Part shown: positions 38,827 to 51,056 of the stretch, one piece after another
How positions within the stretch are numbered: position 1 is the first letter of the stretch
Layout of the letters: the number at the start of each line of letters is the position of its first letter
DNA from: Octopus sinensis
Lineage: Eukaryota
Assembly: GCF_006345805.1 (NCBI RefSeq)
Contig: NC_043000.1
Coordinates: 104,904,001 to 104,968,000, forward strand
Reading direction: 5' to 3'
DNA length: 64,000 nt
Notes under the pieces: model-generated
Seen by the model: the letters and a program-made list of their open reading frames with translations, nothing else
The model's database searches: none
Told to the model about the DNA's origin: nothing
Program-made: the position numbers and the translations under genes

Positions 38827-38916
38827 GTGTGTGTATGTATGTATGTATGGCCGATTCAGTGTTTACATTTTTTACGGAAATCGACGGAAACGTGTGCTAC
38901 GACAAGCGAAACATCG
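38468..38916. repeat. 49-bp inverted repeat (1 mismatch) enclosing microsatellite-rich spacer
   Basis: 38468-38516 vs 38868-38916. Confidence 0.9.
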
Positions 38917-38927
38917 CTCCTATATCC

Positions 38928-39239
38928 AAGTAGCAGAAAGATCGCCCAAAAGTGTATATATATATTTAAATGTATTTATATATTCATCTATACACAGATG
39001 TATGTATAATGTGTGTATATATTTCCATACACGTAACCATTCACTCCGCACAAAGTTTTTTAGGACGAAAATAAGATCTAAAGTTATCTCTAAGTAGCAC
39101 AGAGATCGCCCAAAAGTGTATATAGATATATAAATGTATTTATATATTCATCTATGCACACATGTATGTATAATGTGCGTGTATATATTTCCATAGAGGT
39201 AACCATTCAATCCCTACAAAGTTTTTTAGGACGAAAATA
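38928..39239. repeat. Two-unit tandem repeat, period 164 bp
   Basis: aagtagca.a.agatcgcccaaaagtgta...aaagtttttt aggacgaaaata at 38928 and 39092. Confidence 0.85.
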
Positions 39240-40084
39240 TTTATATATAAAAGAAAGGTTGTGTGTCTGTCTACTCCGATTTAGATTCCTAACTACTCCC
39301 ACATTTTGCGATGCAGTTTAACCAAAACCGGGTATCTTATAGTCGTGATTCATATCGAGCCCTTCTGGGTATTAGCGCGCGTCTACGATGAGTCTATGAT
39401 TTTACAAATAATTTACCATCATTTTTTTCCATTTTAATGCATATTTTTAAAAATAAACGGAAGTAACTCTCAAACTTCACACCAATATGCGTGCTCATAT
39501 GCGACGTAATATCACATCAGCAGCATTTCCTCACACCCTCCTTGCACTTGGCGAAGGCAAAATACCAGGGGATGAAAATGGTAATATTGCCATCGATTCC
39601 ATTTGTACCATTGTTAAGACGCCTTCTGATCTCAGAGATGCAGTGTTCCCAGATCTACAAGCTAATTATCAGAATATGGATTGGATTGGCAAAAAGGCTA
39701 TACTGGCCCCGAGGAATAAAACTGTTCACCATATTAATGATGAAATGCTAAAACTCATTCCTGGGGAAGTCTATGTATATCAGTCTATCGATACAACTCC
39801 TGACCCAGAGGACGTCATCAACTATCCAATAGAGGTACTCAATTCCTTTGAGCACCCCGGACTACCACCACACTTTCTCAAACTTAAAGTTGGTGCCCCT
39901 ATAATGCTCATCAGAAATTTGGTTCCCCCAAAACAATGCAATGGCACACGTTTGATCGTTAAATCCTTATCTCCCACCGTAAGCTTATATCAATATTTGC
40001 CTGAATAATCATCATAATTCAGTGCAATCATTAACAGTACTTTCAAGCAATTCAGCCCCGAGTAACGCCGGGCAATTCTGCTAG
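39240..40084 (+). mobile_element. Internally deleted Helitron carrying helicase fragment
   Basis: 3' hairpin gccccgagtaacgccgggc + aattctgCTAG|T (40081-40084). The 5' end tttatatataaaag resembles a decayed TCTATATATAAAAG. Confidence 0.8.
39461..39985 (+). pseudogene. Helitron RepHel PIF1-family helicase C-terminal fragment (open frame)
   Basis: KVTLKLHTNMR...LLALGEG...DAVFPDL...KAILAPRNKTVHHIN..LKLIPGE...YQSID...YPIEVLNSFEHPGLPPHFLKLKVGAPIMLIRNLVPPKQCNGTRLIVKSL. These are the L..NMR, AILAP.N, YP.EFLNS, GLPPH.L.LKVG.PIMLLRNL and CNGTRL motifs. Confidence 0.93.
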
Positions 40085-40242
40085 TATATATAGACATACA
40101 TACATATAGATACACATATTTGTATATATGTATACATGTACATATCCATATGTTTACATATGTATGTTTATATGAGTATATATATATATTATATATATGT
40201 GTGTGTGTGTATATATGTTTATATATATATGTATATATATTC

Positions 40243-40298
<56 letters not shown>

Positions 40299-40494
40299 CG
40301 TATACACACACACACGAACACACATACATGTAGGAATTGTACAAAAGTTTTAAAACTAACTGGTATGGTATTCATTTCTCTTTAAGACTGACGGCAAACC
40401 AACAGAATCAGATCTATTACTTTCGAAACGACTGTACACTCGTTCAGCAAAATGTTGCTGAACCCTCATCTGTCGTCTACCATAGGAAAGTCCA

Positions 40495-40660
40495 CACGAC
40501 TTATAAAGGTAAAAGACCCCTTTCGGTCATGAATGACGATGGGATTCCACCTAGAAAGTTCTTCTCCCAAGTACAAGTCGGGGCAAATTATTTATGGAAG
40601 ACAAACTGTCGCCCATGCGTATCAGCCTCCGCTCTCCACGTCAGCGACGTTATCGAAGGG
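40495..40660 (-). mobile_element. Diverged SINE tail-W fragment
   Basis: atgggattccacctagaaagtt...tttatggaagac...gtcgcccatgcgtatcagcctcc matches 30358-30460. Confidence 0.7.
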
Positions 40661-40922
40661 GTAGTCAATATGTCGCAATGCAAAATATTTGCGTGAAATA
40701 AGTCTGTTGTTTCCAACTGCTCTATTTGATCGTGAACAGTTCTATGAAATTTTGTGAAGAACTACGCAGAGCGAAGTAAACATAATGAAAATGTCATCAA
40801 AATTGTGCACACTGAAGTTTATCTTAGCTTCATCGAAATACATGAAATAAATGTGTATAGACATGCATCTGTTTCAGTACTGTTTAAACTTTAATCTGAT
40901 TTTTAATATCATCACTCAACGT

Positions 40923-40923
40923 T

Positions 40924-40964
<41 letters not shown>

Positions 40965-41005
40965 TCAGCAGCAACAGCAGCAGCATCAGCAGCAGCAGCA
41001 GCAGC
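40923..41005 (+). repeat. (CAT)n(CAG)n compound trinucleotide repeat
   Basis: Direct reading of the sequence. Confidence 0.9.
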
Positions 41006-42124
41006 AGAAGTAGAAGCAACGACACCAGCAACCGAGCAATTTGAGAGCAGTCACATTTGGAATTAGAAAGAGAGAGAGCATATAAGAGGTATAAAGAGAA
41101 CTACAGAGAAATTTAAATCAAACTTACAAGTATCTTTGTTTGGTAAACGTATTTTTAGCATCGCTTGAAACCTCACATTTTTCCCATTTCGTTTTATCCT
41201 TTTTTTTTTCTACCGCAGAGAAAAAGTGATGATGGTGAGTGGGGTAGTTTTGCTAGTTATTATATCTCAAATTTTTAATGTCCATGAAGATGATATACAA
41301 GATCGTAAAAATAGCAAACGAGTCAATGAGTGAACCTCTACATCATTGATTTAATGATCCTACTAGAAATAGCAGCCATTTTTCTTTCCTGTCGTTCCCT
41401 GCAGAGATGCATACGATGAAAAGTCATTGACCGTAAGTTTGTTACCTCAGGGCTAACTTAAACCTATACAACCTCCCTTGAACTTCCCTCTCTCTATCTA
41501 CCACTCTCTCCATGTATCTTTTGAGAAGCTGAACCCAAAAGTAATTTAACTGACTTCTAATAACACTTAATGATTATGTGAGTTAAAAGTATTTTTGTAT
41601 TTAACACATACTAAAGTAAATAACCAATTAAAAATAAATGTGATAGAAAATAAACAAAGTTAATCAATGGCTTATATTATTTTGACATCTCTGAGTGTGT
41701 ATGAGAGACAGCTATATACATGTTTTGGCCTGATTCTTACTTCCTTAGCAAAGCATAGCCTCTACATAATCGCCAGAGTAATAAGTGCAGTACTAAGTAA
41801 ATATTCATTTATAGATATAGGGAAATAGAATTGCTTGGAGATTAAATAATTCAGAATCATTATTCACATGAAAAACCTACAGAGGCTACGAAAGGGGGAC
41901 GCTCTTGACAGACAGAGAGTATTATGTGAATCGGTTCAGATCTGTATCTAGTTACCCTGATCAGCGAGCGGATATTACCGAGCAATGCTGCACATTGGCT
42001 TGGTGCTTCCAAATAACATAGTCAACACTATCAAAAGGTTTTGATTGATCTGACTCGGTCAGTACGTCAACAAAATTATCAAATATGCGCGTAATCATTT
42101 CTACGAAGTATTGAACGAGATATA

Positions 42125-43325
42125 CAGGGCGTTCGGGATAAACTTGACGATCTTTTTATGTCTCCTTTTTTTCAGGAATAGCTTGATGTTTTGATGAACA
42201 GTCAACAACGTTGGAGAGCATAAAGATTAAAATTGTAGTTGGGAATAAGTTTACTGGTTGGAAGAATTGGAAAAGATTTATTTGTGTCAAGACGTTTCGA
42301 GCAGAATATCAAAATGCCGACATCATGACTGACGTCCAACTCACTGTGAACTTTGTAAAGGCTGTAAGACGCGACATGGACCGCTTCAAAGGAGACCACA
42401 AAGCCGTGGCCAGCAGGAAGGGACACAGCAGGCATTCTGACTGCGTCCGCATGCCAGATTTCCCCCTCGTATCTTTGAAAAGGGACTTAGGCTCAATTCA
42501 GACGGCTATGTGAAGCTGCTGGAGACCTTAACTGGAGAGGGTTGCTATTGGAAGGCCATATGTGTGACAGTAGGATCTGGATCCTTACCATATCTCTGGA
42601 AAGAGTCATAAGTGTTTGTCAGAAAAATTCTACGAGCTCATTCACCCCAATTTCTGTCCTCCTAATTTCCCCAGTTGTAATACTATGTGTGGGGCCCGGT
42701 TGAGAAAGACACCAACCGCTCTCCCTGCAACAAGGCTGAGCCGGTGGCCAAGATCAAGGAAGTGTTTGAAAATCTTTTCAGAGACACAGTGAGCAATGCA
42801 TGCGTCAGGTTCCAGAGCATTCTTGAGGCTGTGATGGCAGCTAAGAGCAGCTACTATGAGTAAACTGTTATCTCCCTGCTATAATCTAATTCAGTGGTTC
42901 TCAACCAGGGTCCATATAAGATTTTAGGTGGTCCACATAACAAAACAATAAATTGGAGATCGACAAAATTATTCTAAGTGCCTCTGAAAAAATTTTGCTT
43001 TAGGTATATATATTGGTATCTGTTGCAAGAAATAACTAGGTTTCTTTAACATTTTAAATAGTTCAACCTACACAAGTTAATGTGTGAAAGACAAAAAGGA
43101 ATTTTGAAAAAAGTTTCAATAAAACAAGTTTTTAAACATCGAATGGATATGGAGGTCCATCAGAAAAAATTAGTAATCAAAGGGGTCCATAGTTAAAATA
43201 TAGTTGAGCACTCCTGATTTACTTGATATTTTTTGAGATTTTTAAATACTCTTATTTTTTAGATGGAATATCGTGTTTTTTTTTTACCTTTTATGCAATC
43301 TGTCAAATTTAGCCCAAATACCCTG
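42125..43325 (+). mobile_element. Internally deleted Tc1/mariner (DD37D/maT-like) element with TIRs and TA TSD
   Basis: TA|cagggcgttcgggataaacttgac ... gtcaaatttagcccaaataccctg|TA. C-terminal peptide EPVAKIKEVFENLFRDTVSNACVRFQSILEAVMAAKSSYYE*. Confidence 0.8.
42892..43216. mobile_element. hAT (Charlie-like) MITE nested in the mariner element
   Basis: TIRs cagtggttctcaacc / agttgagcactcctg; 8-bp TSD-like atctaatt (42884-42891) / atttactt (43217-43224), 6/8 match with central TA. Confidence 0.7.
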
Positions 43326-44687
43326 TATTATTGCCTGTCCATCTCTCACCAAGTAGTTCGAGTATTTGCAACTGAAATATTGAATACATCTGTTTGAATT
43401 ATCTTGTTTAGCTCCTAAGAAATTGCCAAGACCTACTCTCAGTGCAATCGTTTCAGTTGCAATATCTTCCCTAGAAACCGTTTCTTTTCCATTAACTATT
43501 TTCAGTTGCTATTTGCTTATTCAAAATAAGTGACTTTACTCTAAAATTACCTTCTAAATGTCACTGATCCTTTATTATAAATAATAGTTCTCGGAATTTT
43601 TTATTTAATTAAAATGAATCATTACATATAATGAGAGTCCTCATCTATTTTCACTTAATTAGCTCCCACTTCCGATCACTGTAGGCCATTCGCACTGAAA
43701 ACAACATATTCAGCTTCCAGTGACCAAGTTCCTGCAAATTAATCACCATTTTTTTAACTATCGTATTCAGTTCAAAACGAATGCGTAAAATGTAACTGGT
43801 GAAAAAGTGTTGATATAGTTGCCGTCCTTTTCATTACTGTTGCTATGTTTCTTATTTTGTTGACAGTATTACTACTAATTTGAAATGTCATATAAAGAAG
43901 ATACACATTTAATGCATTGTCACATTAAAGCCATATCCTAAATTAAATTTCAGATGATCCAATAAATGCTGTACGCGCATTATTAATTAATTAATTAATT
44001 AATTAATTAATTGATTGATTAACCATTTACCATGCTGTTAACGAATGTACTGTTGTGTAAATTAGCAAAATGATTTTAGTAGAATTCTAGTTTACATTCA
44101 CCATAACTAGCTATAAGCTGTTAATATCGTTGGAAACAGAGAAAGGGGCTAATTATTCTCAGATGAGATTCTCAAAAATTTCGAAACCGGTCAGAATGTT
44201 TCCACTTTCTGCCCATAGAAACGTTTTAAAAAATTAGTTCACATTTACTTATATTTCATGGCAACGCTAAATTGCCATTGCTACATTAACAGTACAATTT
44301 ACATTACATTTAAAATTATTTAATAAACACTGTGTATGCGTAATTAAACATTTCTACTGTCAACGCTATAGCTGTGGCTGTTATTGGAGCATCTTTCTCA
44401 TGCATCTATATGTAGATTAACGTTTTTGTTTTTATGCTGTCATTATTCACATGGGTGTTGTAGAGATAATTATTATTAAAATTATTTTGTAAATGTTTCC
44501 AACACGCAAATTATATTTTCTTTACTCTCTAAAAAGAGAATGGTAGCCGCTGCTTCTACTACTACTACTACTACTACTACTATTACTACTACTACTGCTG
44601 CTGCTGCTGCATTTAACATCTCAAACGACAGTAAGTTTATTTAAATTCATTTATCACGTAAATTGTCTTAATAATAATGGCTTCAAA

Positions 44688-44880
44688 TTTTGGCACAAGG
44701 CCAGCAAATTGGGAGGGGGAGGGCTAAAGTCGATTACATCAATTGGTATTTATTTTATCTACCCCGAAGGAATAAAAGGCAAAGTCGACCTCGGCGGAAT
44801 TTGAACTCAGAACGTAACGGCAGACGAAATACCACTAAGCATTTTGCCAGGTTTGCTAACAATTCTGCCAGCATGCCGCT
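44688..44880 (-). mobile_element. SINE family A copy
   Basis: ttttggcacaaggccagc...aaaggcaaagtcgacctcggcggaatttgaactcagaacgtaacgg. Confidence 0.85.
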
Positions 44881-44886
44881 TTAATA

Positions 44887-44928
<42 letters not shown>

Positions 44929-45017
44929 TGATGATGATGATGATGATGAGGAGGAGGAGGAGGAGGAGGAGGAGGAGGAGGAGGAGGGGGGAGGGGGAGG
45001 ATAATTATTATTATTAG

Positions 45018-45228
45018 AAAGGCGGTAATCTGGCAGAATCGTTTGCACGCATGGCAAAATGCTTGGCGGTATTTCGTCCGTCTTTATGTTCTCAGTTCAA
45101 ATTCCGCCGAGGCCTACTTTGCCTTTCATTCTTTCGGGGGCTATAAAATAAGTACCAGTGGCATACTAGGGTCGATCTAATCGTCTTATCCCCTCCCTCG
45201 GAACTGATGGCTTTGTGCCAAAATTTGA
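45018..45228 (+). mobile_element. SINE family A copy (inverted relative to 44688-44880)
   Basis: ggcggtaatctggcagaatcgtttgcacg...cagttcaaattccgccgagg...gctttgtgccaaaatttgaaa. Confidence 0.85.
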
Positions 45229-45871
45229 AATCATTATTGCTACTATTTATTTATTTATTTATTTATTTATTTATCTATTTATTACACTGATCCGAAGACA
45301 CGCATTTTGCGATTAGACATACACTAAATATAAACAATATTTAGCAAATTGTTATGTTATGTATATTCGACATGCTGAAAGTTCGGACTGAAATCCAGAA
45401 TGTAACGAGGCATAATTAAATATTTCAAAGCATATTTTCCATCCCTCTACGAAATCCTATCGTGCTTCAATCTGAATATCAAAAAGCAGAACCTAATAAT
45501 AATGAGCCAATGACAAATCTAATGAAGGAACAACCGAATAGTACATATATCTTAGCAGATAAACAAACAACAGGAATAAACGAAGGCCGACTTAGGCACA
45601 TTTAGGAATTAACAAACGACATAGTACATCATGCTGAAATATAAAATTTAAAAACAAAATACGGAGAAAGAATAATAGAGGTGCATTAGATTAATACTTA
45701 TGCCAGAACAAAAAGCTAAAAATAAAATAATTGGCATTTGTGCTGAAGCTGTTAGAGAAGTTGCTAACTATTATAATGAGCTTAAATAGACATTAAGTGA
45801 AATTGTAAAAAAACAGAATATTTTTTAAAACACCGAAATTAATGACAGCATTTCAAGTACCCACTGACTAT

Positions 45872-46173
45872 TTTTTTTGTTCCTTCTCGAGCCATGCTTG
45901 GTTCATAAGGGCCGGTTTCCCGGTTTCTTTGGCGTATAGGTTCCCTACCTGGACGGGACGCCGGTCCGTCGCAGGTGAGCTGCAAGATCCAGGAGAAAGG
46001 AGTGAGAGAAGGTTGTGGTGAAAGAGTCAGTAGAAGTTTGCCATTACCTTCTGCCGGGGCCGCGTGGAGCTTAGGTGTTCCGCTCATAAACACACATCGC
46101 CCGGTCTGAGATTCGAACCCGCGATCCCTCGACCGCGAGTTCGCTGCTCTAACCACTAGCCCATGTGCCTCCA
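45872..46173 (-). mobile_element. tRNA-headed SINE (head D + tail Z), 11-bp TSD with one mismatch
   Basis: TSD ccactgactat (45861-45871) / ccactgcctat (46174-46184). Head ggtggaggcacatgggctagtggttagagcagcgaactcgcggtcgagggatcgcgggttcgaatctc; A-rich end. Confidence 0.85.
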
Positions 46174-46205
46174 CCACTGCCTATAAACAGTGTGGTTAGA
46201 TACTT

Positions 46206-46253
46206 TAATGTATTTCGTTATGCGCTACCTGTAGCGCATAACGAAATACATTA
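46206..46253. repeat. Perfect 23-bp-arm hairpin, 2-nt spacer
   Basis: taatgtatttcgttatgcgctac-ct-gtagcgcataacgaaatacatta. Confidence 0.97.
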
Positions 46254-46329
46254 TTTTTCCAGGTAAAAATCATATGTTAATTAAATAAGTACCAGCAATA
46301 TTCTGATGTCAAGTAAATCAATTATTCCT

Positions 46330-47660
46330 TCTTTCTATAAAAAGAGTTGTGGGACACAACGATTTAGAAATTGCCAACTTTCCAAATTTTGCAAGATCTT
46401 TTGTACACAGTTTCGAAGGAACCGGAAGCTTTTGGATGGAATGCTCGAACTGCATCAAAGAGAAAAATGCGTTCTAAATGTTTGGACACTATAAGGACAC
46501 CGCAATTCATACATCGCATTCAAAATATTATCGATGGTTATCCCAGAAAATCAGCAGGGCTATCGCCAAAAAGCTTCATAGAATAACTATCAGTAATGAC
46601 ACACAATAGGTATCAGAATAGACAGAGAAAAATGCATTTGAGCCGTGACAAGTGGTTACTTATCAAAAGTAAAAGTCCTTAGGAGCATGGTACGCTTTGG
46701 TTCTTTTCTAATGACGAAAATTTGGACCAGGACCAAAAGTCTAACAAGGAAAATCGTAGGTGGCTATGTGCAGATCCTTCTGATGTACCCAGAGAGATGC
46801 ACACTAAGTCTCCAGAAACTGTGATGATTTTAGGAGTGCTGAGTGACGAAGATCATGTAATGCCACCTCACATCTTTGCACAGAATTAATGTGGCGGGGT
46901 ATGTTGAGTACTGGAGAGAGTTGTCATTATTTTGATGGATGAAGTACGCAGTTAAAGTCCATACCTGTTTCAACAAGACTCAGCATTTTCTCACAAAGCA
47001 AACGTAGCCAAAGTATGGGTGTTAGACAATATTTACGATCATGTGGTGGAGGCGCAATGGCCCAGTGGTTAGGGCAGCGGACTCGCGGTCATAGGATCGC
47101 GGTTTCGATTCCCAGACCGGGCGTTGTGAGTGTTTATTGAGCGAAAACACCTAAAAGCTCCACAAGGCTCCGGCAGGGGATGGTGGTGATCCCTGCTGTA
47201 CTCTTTCACCACAACTTTCTCTCACTCTTACTTCCTGTTTCTGTTGTACCTGTATTTCAAAGGGCCGACCTTGTCACTCTCTGTGTCACGCTGAATATCC
47301 CCGAGAACTACGTTAAGGGTACACGTGTCTGTGGAGTGCTCAGCCACTTACACGTTAATTTCACGAGCAGGCTGTTCCGTTGATTCGGATCAACCGGAAC
47401 CCTCGTCGTCGTAACCGACGGAGTGCTTCCACACGATCATGTAACATAAAACTTGTGGCCTCCCAACTTACTACATTTAAATCCTTTTGACTAATAGGTT
47501 TGAAGTGTTGTTGAAAGAGGGACTCATCGATACCGTCACAATATCATAGTTTCACTGAAGGTCGTCATTGTCCTGGGGATATCCAAAATGAATAAGGCAT
47601 GTCAACGATTCCAATCACGCATTGAAACAATTATCGAAGCTGAAGGTAGAAGCATTATCT
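46330..47660 (+). mobile_element. Decayed DD37D/maT-like transposase interrupted by a SINE
   Basis: DTIRTPQFIHRIQNIIDGYPRKS; WFFSNDENLDQDQKSNKENRRWLCADPSDVPREMHTKSPETVMILGVLSDEDHVMPPHIF; YLFQQDSAFSHKA; after the SINE, LWPPNLLHLNPFD and NKACQRFQSRIETIIEAEG. Confidence 0.88.
47045..47432 (+). mobile_element. Full-length SINE (head D + tail Y) with perfect 10-bp TSD
   Basis: TSD acgatcatgt at 47035-47044 and 47433-47442. Confidence 0.92.
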
Positions 47661-47886
47661 GATAAGAAATCTCAGTGAAAACATTTGCATACATTTGGAT
47701 TTTGCTAGATTAGAGTTGTTTTATTACATTACCAAATATGTCTTCAAATACCATACGCATTCTGTATATATGTTTACACACGCACTCACACACCCACACA
47801 CACACACTCACACACACAGCACACACACACGCACACACACATGGATGTTTTCATACACGCATTCACACACGCGCGCACACACGCAT

Positions 47887-47922
<36 letters not shown>

Positions 47923-49233
47923 ATATACGTATATGTATGTATATGTGCAGATTTGTATGTTTTAATTTATATATGTATTTTCCTGCATGTAGTTGCATAT
48001 CTAGACATGCTCATAAATATTTAAATGATAAACTTCTGGAAAATTTTACAGATTTTTACAGTTTCAATGATGGATTGTATCTGTAGTCTTAGAATTAGCT
48101 TTCTCCTTTCTGGTTTGAGAAGCTTTATTTCTCAAGATTATATTTAGGCAGTATGTTACATAGCCCGGAGCCCCAATAATTACAGGGATAAACCTGAACT
48201 TGTAATCTGGGTAGAGTAACTGCAGATTTCTCAATAGTTCGGTCTAAGTATTCTCTTTTTCACTGATCTTCAGTTTTGTTAACATCCGCTGGGCAGCTAA
48301 TTTCCACAACTGTACACAGTTTCTCTTCTTTATCCCATGTATGTATGTATACATGAGTATACATATATATTGTATGTTTCCCATTTTGTCAGTATCTATT
48401 TCAACACATGATTTCACATCAACTTTATTGTAAAATAAATACTAAACAATATGTGCGTGTATGCGCGCATGTATATGCGTGCATATGTGTGGGTAAGTAT
48501 ATATATATGTATACCAATTTGTGTAATCTGCAGAGTATCATATATTATTATATGTATTCATGTGTAAAGTAAACAATTTTCATTTTTTGGCAGGGTTCAA
48601 AGACACTGAAACGCACACCATGAAGCTGACTTGCTCAAGATACAATACATTACTACGAAGTCTTCTAGTCTTGACCCTATGACTCAATGTGTAAAAAACT
48701 TATCTCATAAAGAGTAATGGCCACATCATTCATGAATTATATTAATAGAAGCAAGGAAGCATTCCGATAAACCTTTTATATTTCATATTGTATTGATTGT
48801 GGAATCTAACAGACTTGGAGTATAATTACGACTGCTTCTTTTTTAACGTTTTTTAGGTAAAGTATTTCCAATATAGTAGAATAGTAAAAGCCTAAACATA
48901 TTCTTTAAAGTAGCTTTGATTTATAAAGAACAAAGATTCGTCGAATTAAGCCGTTTTAATTAACATCCTAATTCAAACAGGCAGTTTTAATTAATTGGTG
49001 TAATGATTTAGTTTGAAAATATTTAGATTGATTGATAATGATAGGAATTGATACTTTGTTGCCCAAATCTCTAACACAATGCATTTAAACAAGACATTCA
49101 GCGAACGCTTAACCTCCTAAACATATACATCTCTTTTAAATCATAACCTACAGACTTAAAAAATGGGAGGAGTACATGATATAATGTAGTCCTATATACC
49201 CCTAAACGATGGACTGATCATGATTGGAGTACA

Positions 49234-49790
49234 TTTGAGTTGATGCGTTGTTTCTAACAGCCGCATGGTCAGTGGTTCGATTTTATAGAACTGAAACTTT
49301 AAAAATGGCTTAGCCAGAGGAGGAAGAGAAGCAGCTATGGCCCTTTTCAATTGGTCAGATATGAAATAGAGAGTAATAACAGGAACGAGAGCGACAACGA
49401 CAGCAACAACGACTACAACGACAACTAATTCACTTAACCAATTGACTTTTCTATCTTTCCTGTTTATATCAATTGCTATGTTAAAAAGTTCGTACCAACA
49501 TTTCCTGAAACAATGTAGTTAACTTTATCTTAGTTGCAAAACCCCACCTCTAATTACAACGATGAGGTGTACTTCCTCATGATGCCTATTTCATGTGATC
49601 TTATCATTCCATTGTAAGCATTCGAGCCAGTCTCCAATTTGAATACAACTCCCAACATCGCTTACTGAGTTTTTGACAAGGGTCATAGCTGTTTCTCTTC
49701 CTTCTCTGACTAAGCCATTATAAAAGTTTCAGTTGTATAAAATCGAACCACTAACCATGCGGCTGGCAGAAACAACGTATCAACTCAATT
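49234..49790. mobile_element. Element with about 117-bp inverted arms (MITE/fold-back-like)
   Basis: 49234-49350 vs 49673-49790: gagttgat.cgttgtttct..cagccgcatggt.agtggttcgattttata.aactgaaactttta.aatggcttag.caga...cagctatg.ccctt.tcaa. Confidence 0.8.
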
Positions 49791-51021
49791 TGCAGCAAAA
49801 CATTGACCATTCAGCCGTTAGAGCGACACCTATATCAACGCTGTCACCAGACAACATCGAACTGTTGTTATTGTTGTTGTTGTTATTGTTGTTGTTGTTG
49901 GTGGTGGTGGTGGTGGTTTAGCCTACGCAAACCTTGCTTCAAAAGCGGTTCACTTTTGATCATACAGTGTTTTCCGTGAGAACTGTGTATTTAGTACTTC
50001 ATGATCAAATCTCTCAGCATTTCAAAGACGACAGAGATCATGCTGTAATCTGGGAAAGATCTAGTTACTTTTCCTAGAAGGTCAAACATCCACATAGATG
50101 TGCCAAGTTATTCTCACCTCCTGATTCCATAATAGATAGGTAGAGCTTTAGGCGGTGAACTAACAATCGTTTGGGAGTAGAACAAAATGATTTGCAGTAT
50201 TTGTTCTGATCTTTTAAATCTTGAGTTATCAACCAGTTGTTAACTTATCTGCACTTAGCTGACTAACTAGTGTCATGTAAAAAAAAAAAATACCCGACAG
50301 AAGACAAGACACCGCCTTTGTATTTTCTCTTGATAATTCTATGAAAAGTACATATTGCTTCTCAGAAAAATCACCCAGGGATATTCGTTGATCTGACCGG
50401 GCAAGGAATCAAAGAAAGATGGCAAATATGAAGTCGGTCTTAAGATTAGATGCAATCCACAGATCCGCTCCTCTGATTAGTTGAGAACAGCAGCGTACGT
50501 TATGATATGCCGGAGTAACTTGTATCCTATGCAGTGCTACAGTCTGGCCATATTGTACTCTTCTCACTCTCCAATTAAACCCTGTTGAACATTTTGTATC
50601 GGCTATGTATGTTTTGAAACGGAAATAAAGTACCGGTAATATATCTGGAACTCAGGTAATCGACTATATTCCTCACCAACAATAATCAGTAATGTTCAAT
50701 ACATGTACTATCTATTCAGAATACATCTACGCGGTGATTAACTGAGACAAACCAGTTAAATTGGTTAATTATAAGGTGATGCAAATAAGTATTGGTACAC
50801 GTTTAGTTTTGATTAGTTAACTATAGGTTTACAGTATGAAGTCATGAGAATCACTTATCTGTACCAGTCAATGTTGCTTTCATTGCTGAATACTAATTAT
50901 CATTAGTTAAACATCAACGTAATGAGGTTCAGCACCTGTTAACTCAGACAAACAATCTTCGAGCATTGACCATGTGATATCGATATAGAATTGTTTAAGC
51001 TATTTTTTCACTGTTGTCTTT

Positions 51022-51056
<35 letters not shown>

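Noticed and set aside
40923-41005. CAG repeat as a polyQ or polyA coding tract
   Set aside because: No flanking coding context or splice evidence; treated as a microsatellite.
43340-43900. Protein-like stretches on the minus strand (REDIATETIALRVGLG; SLEAEYVVFS)
   Set aside because: Short open stretches with no family assignment or consistent splice structure.
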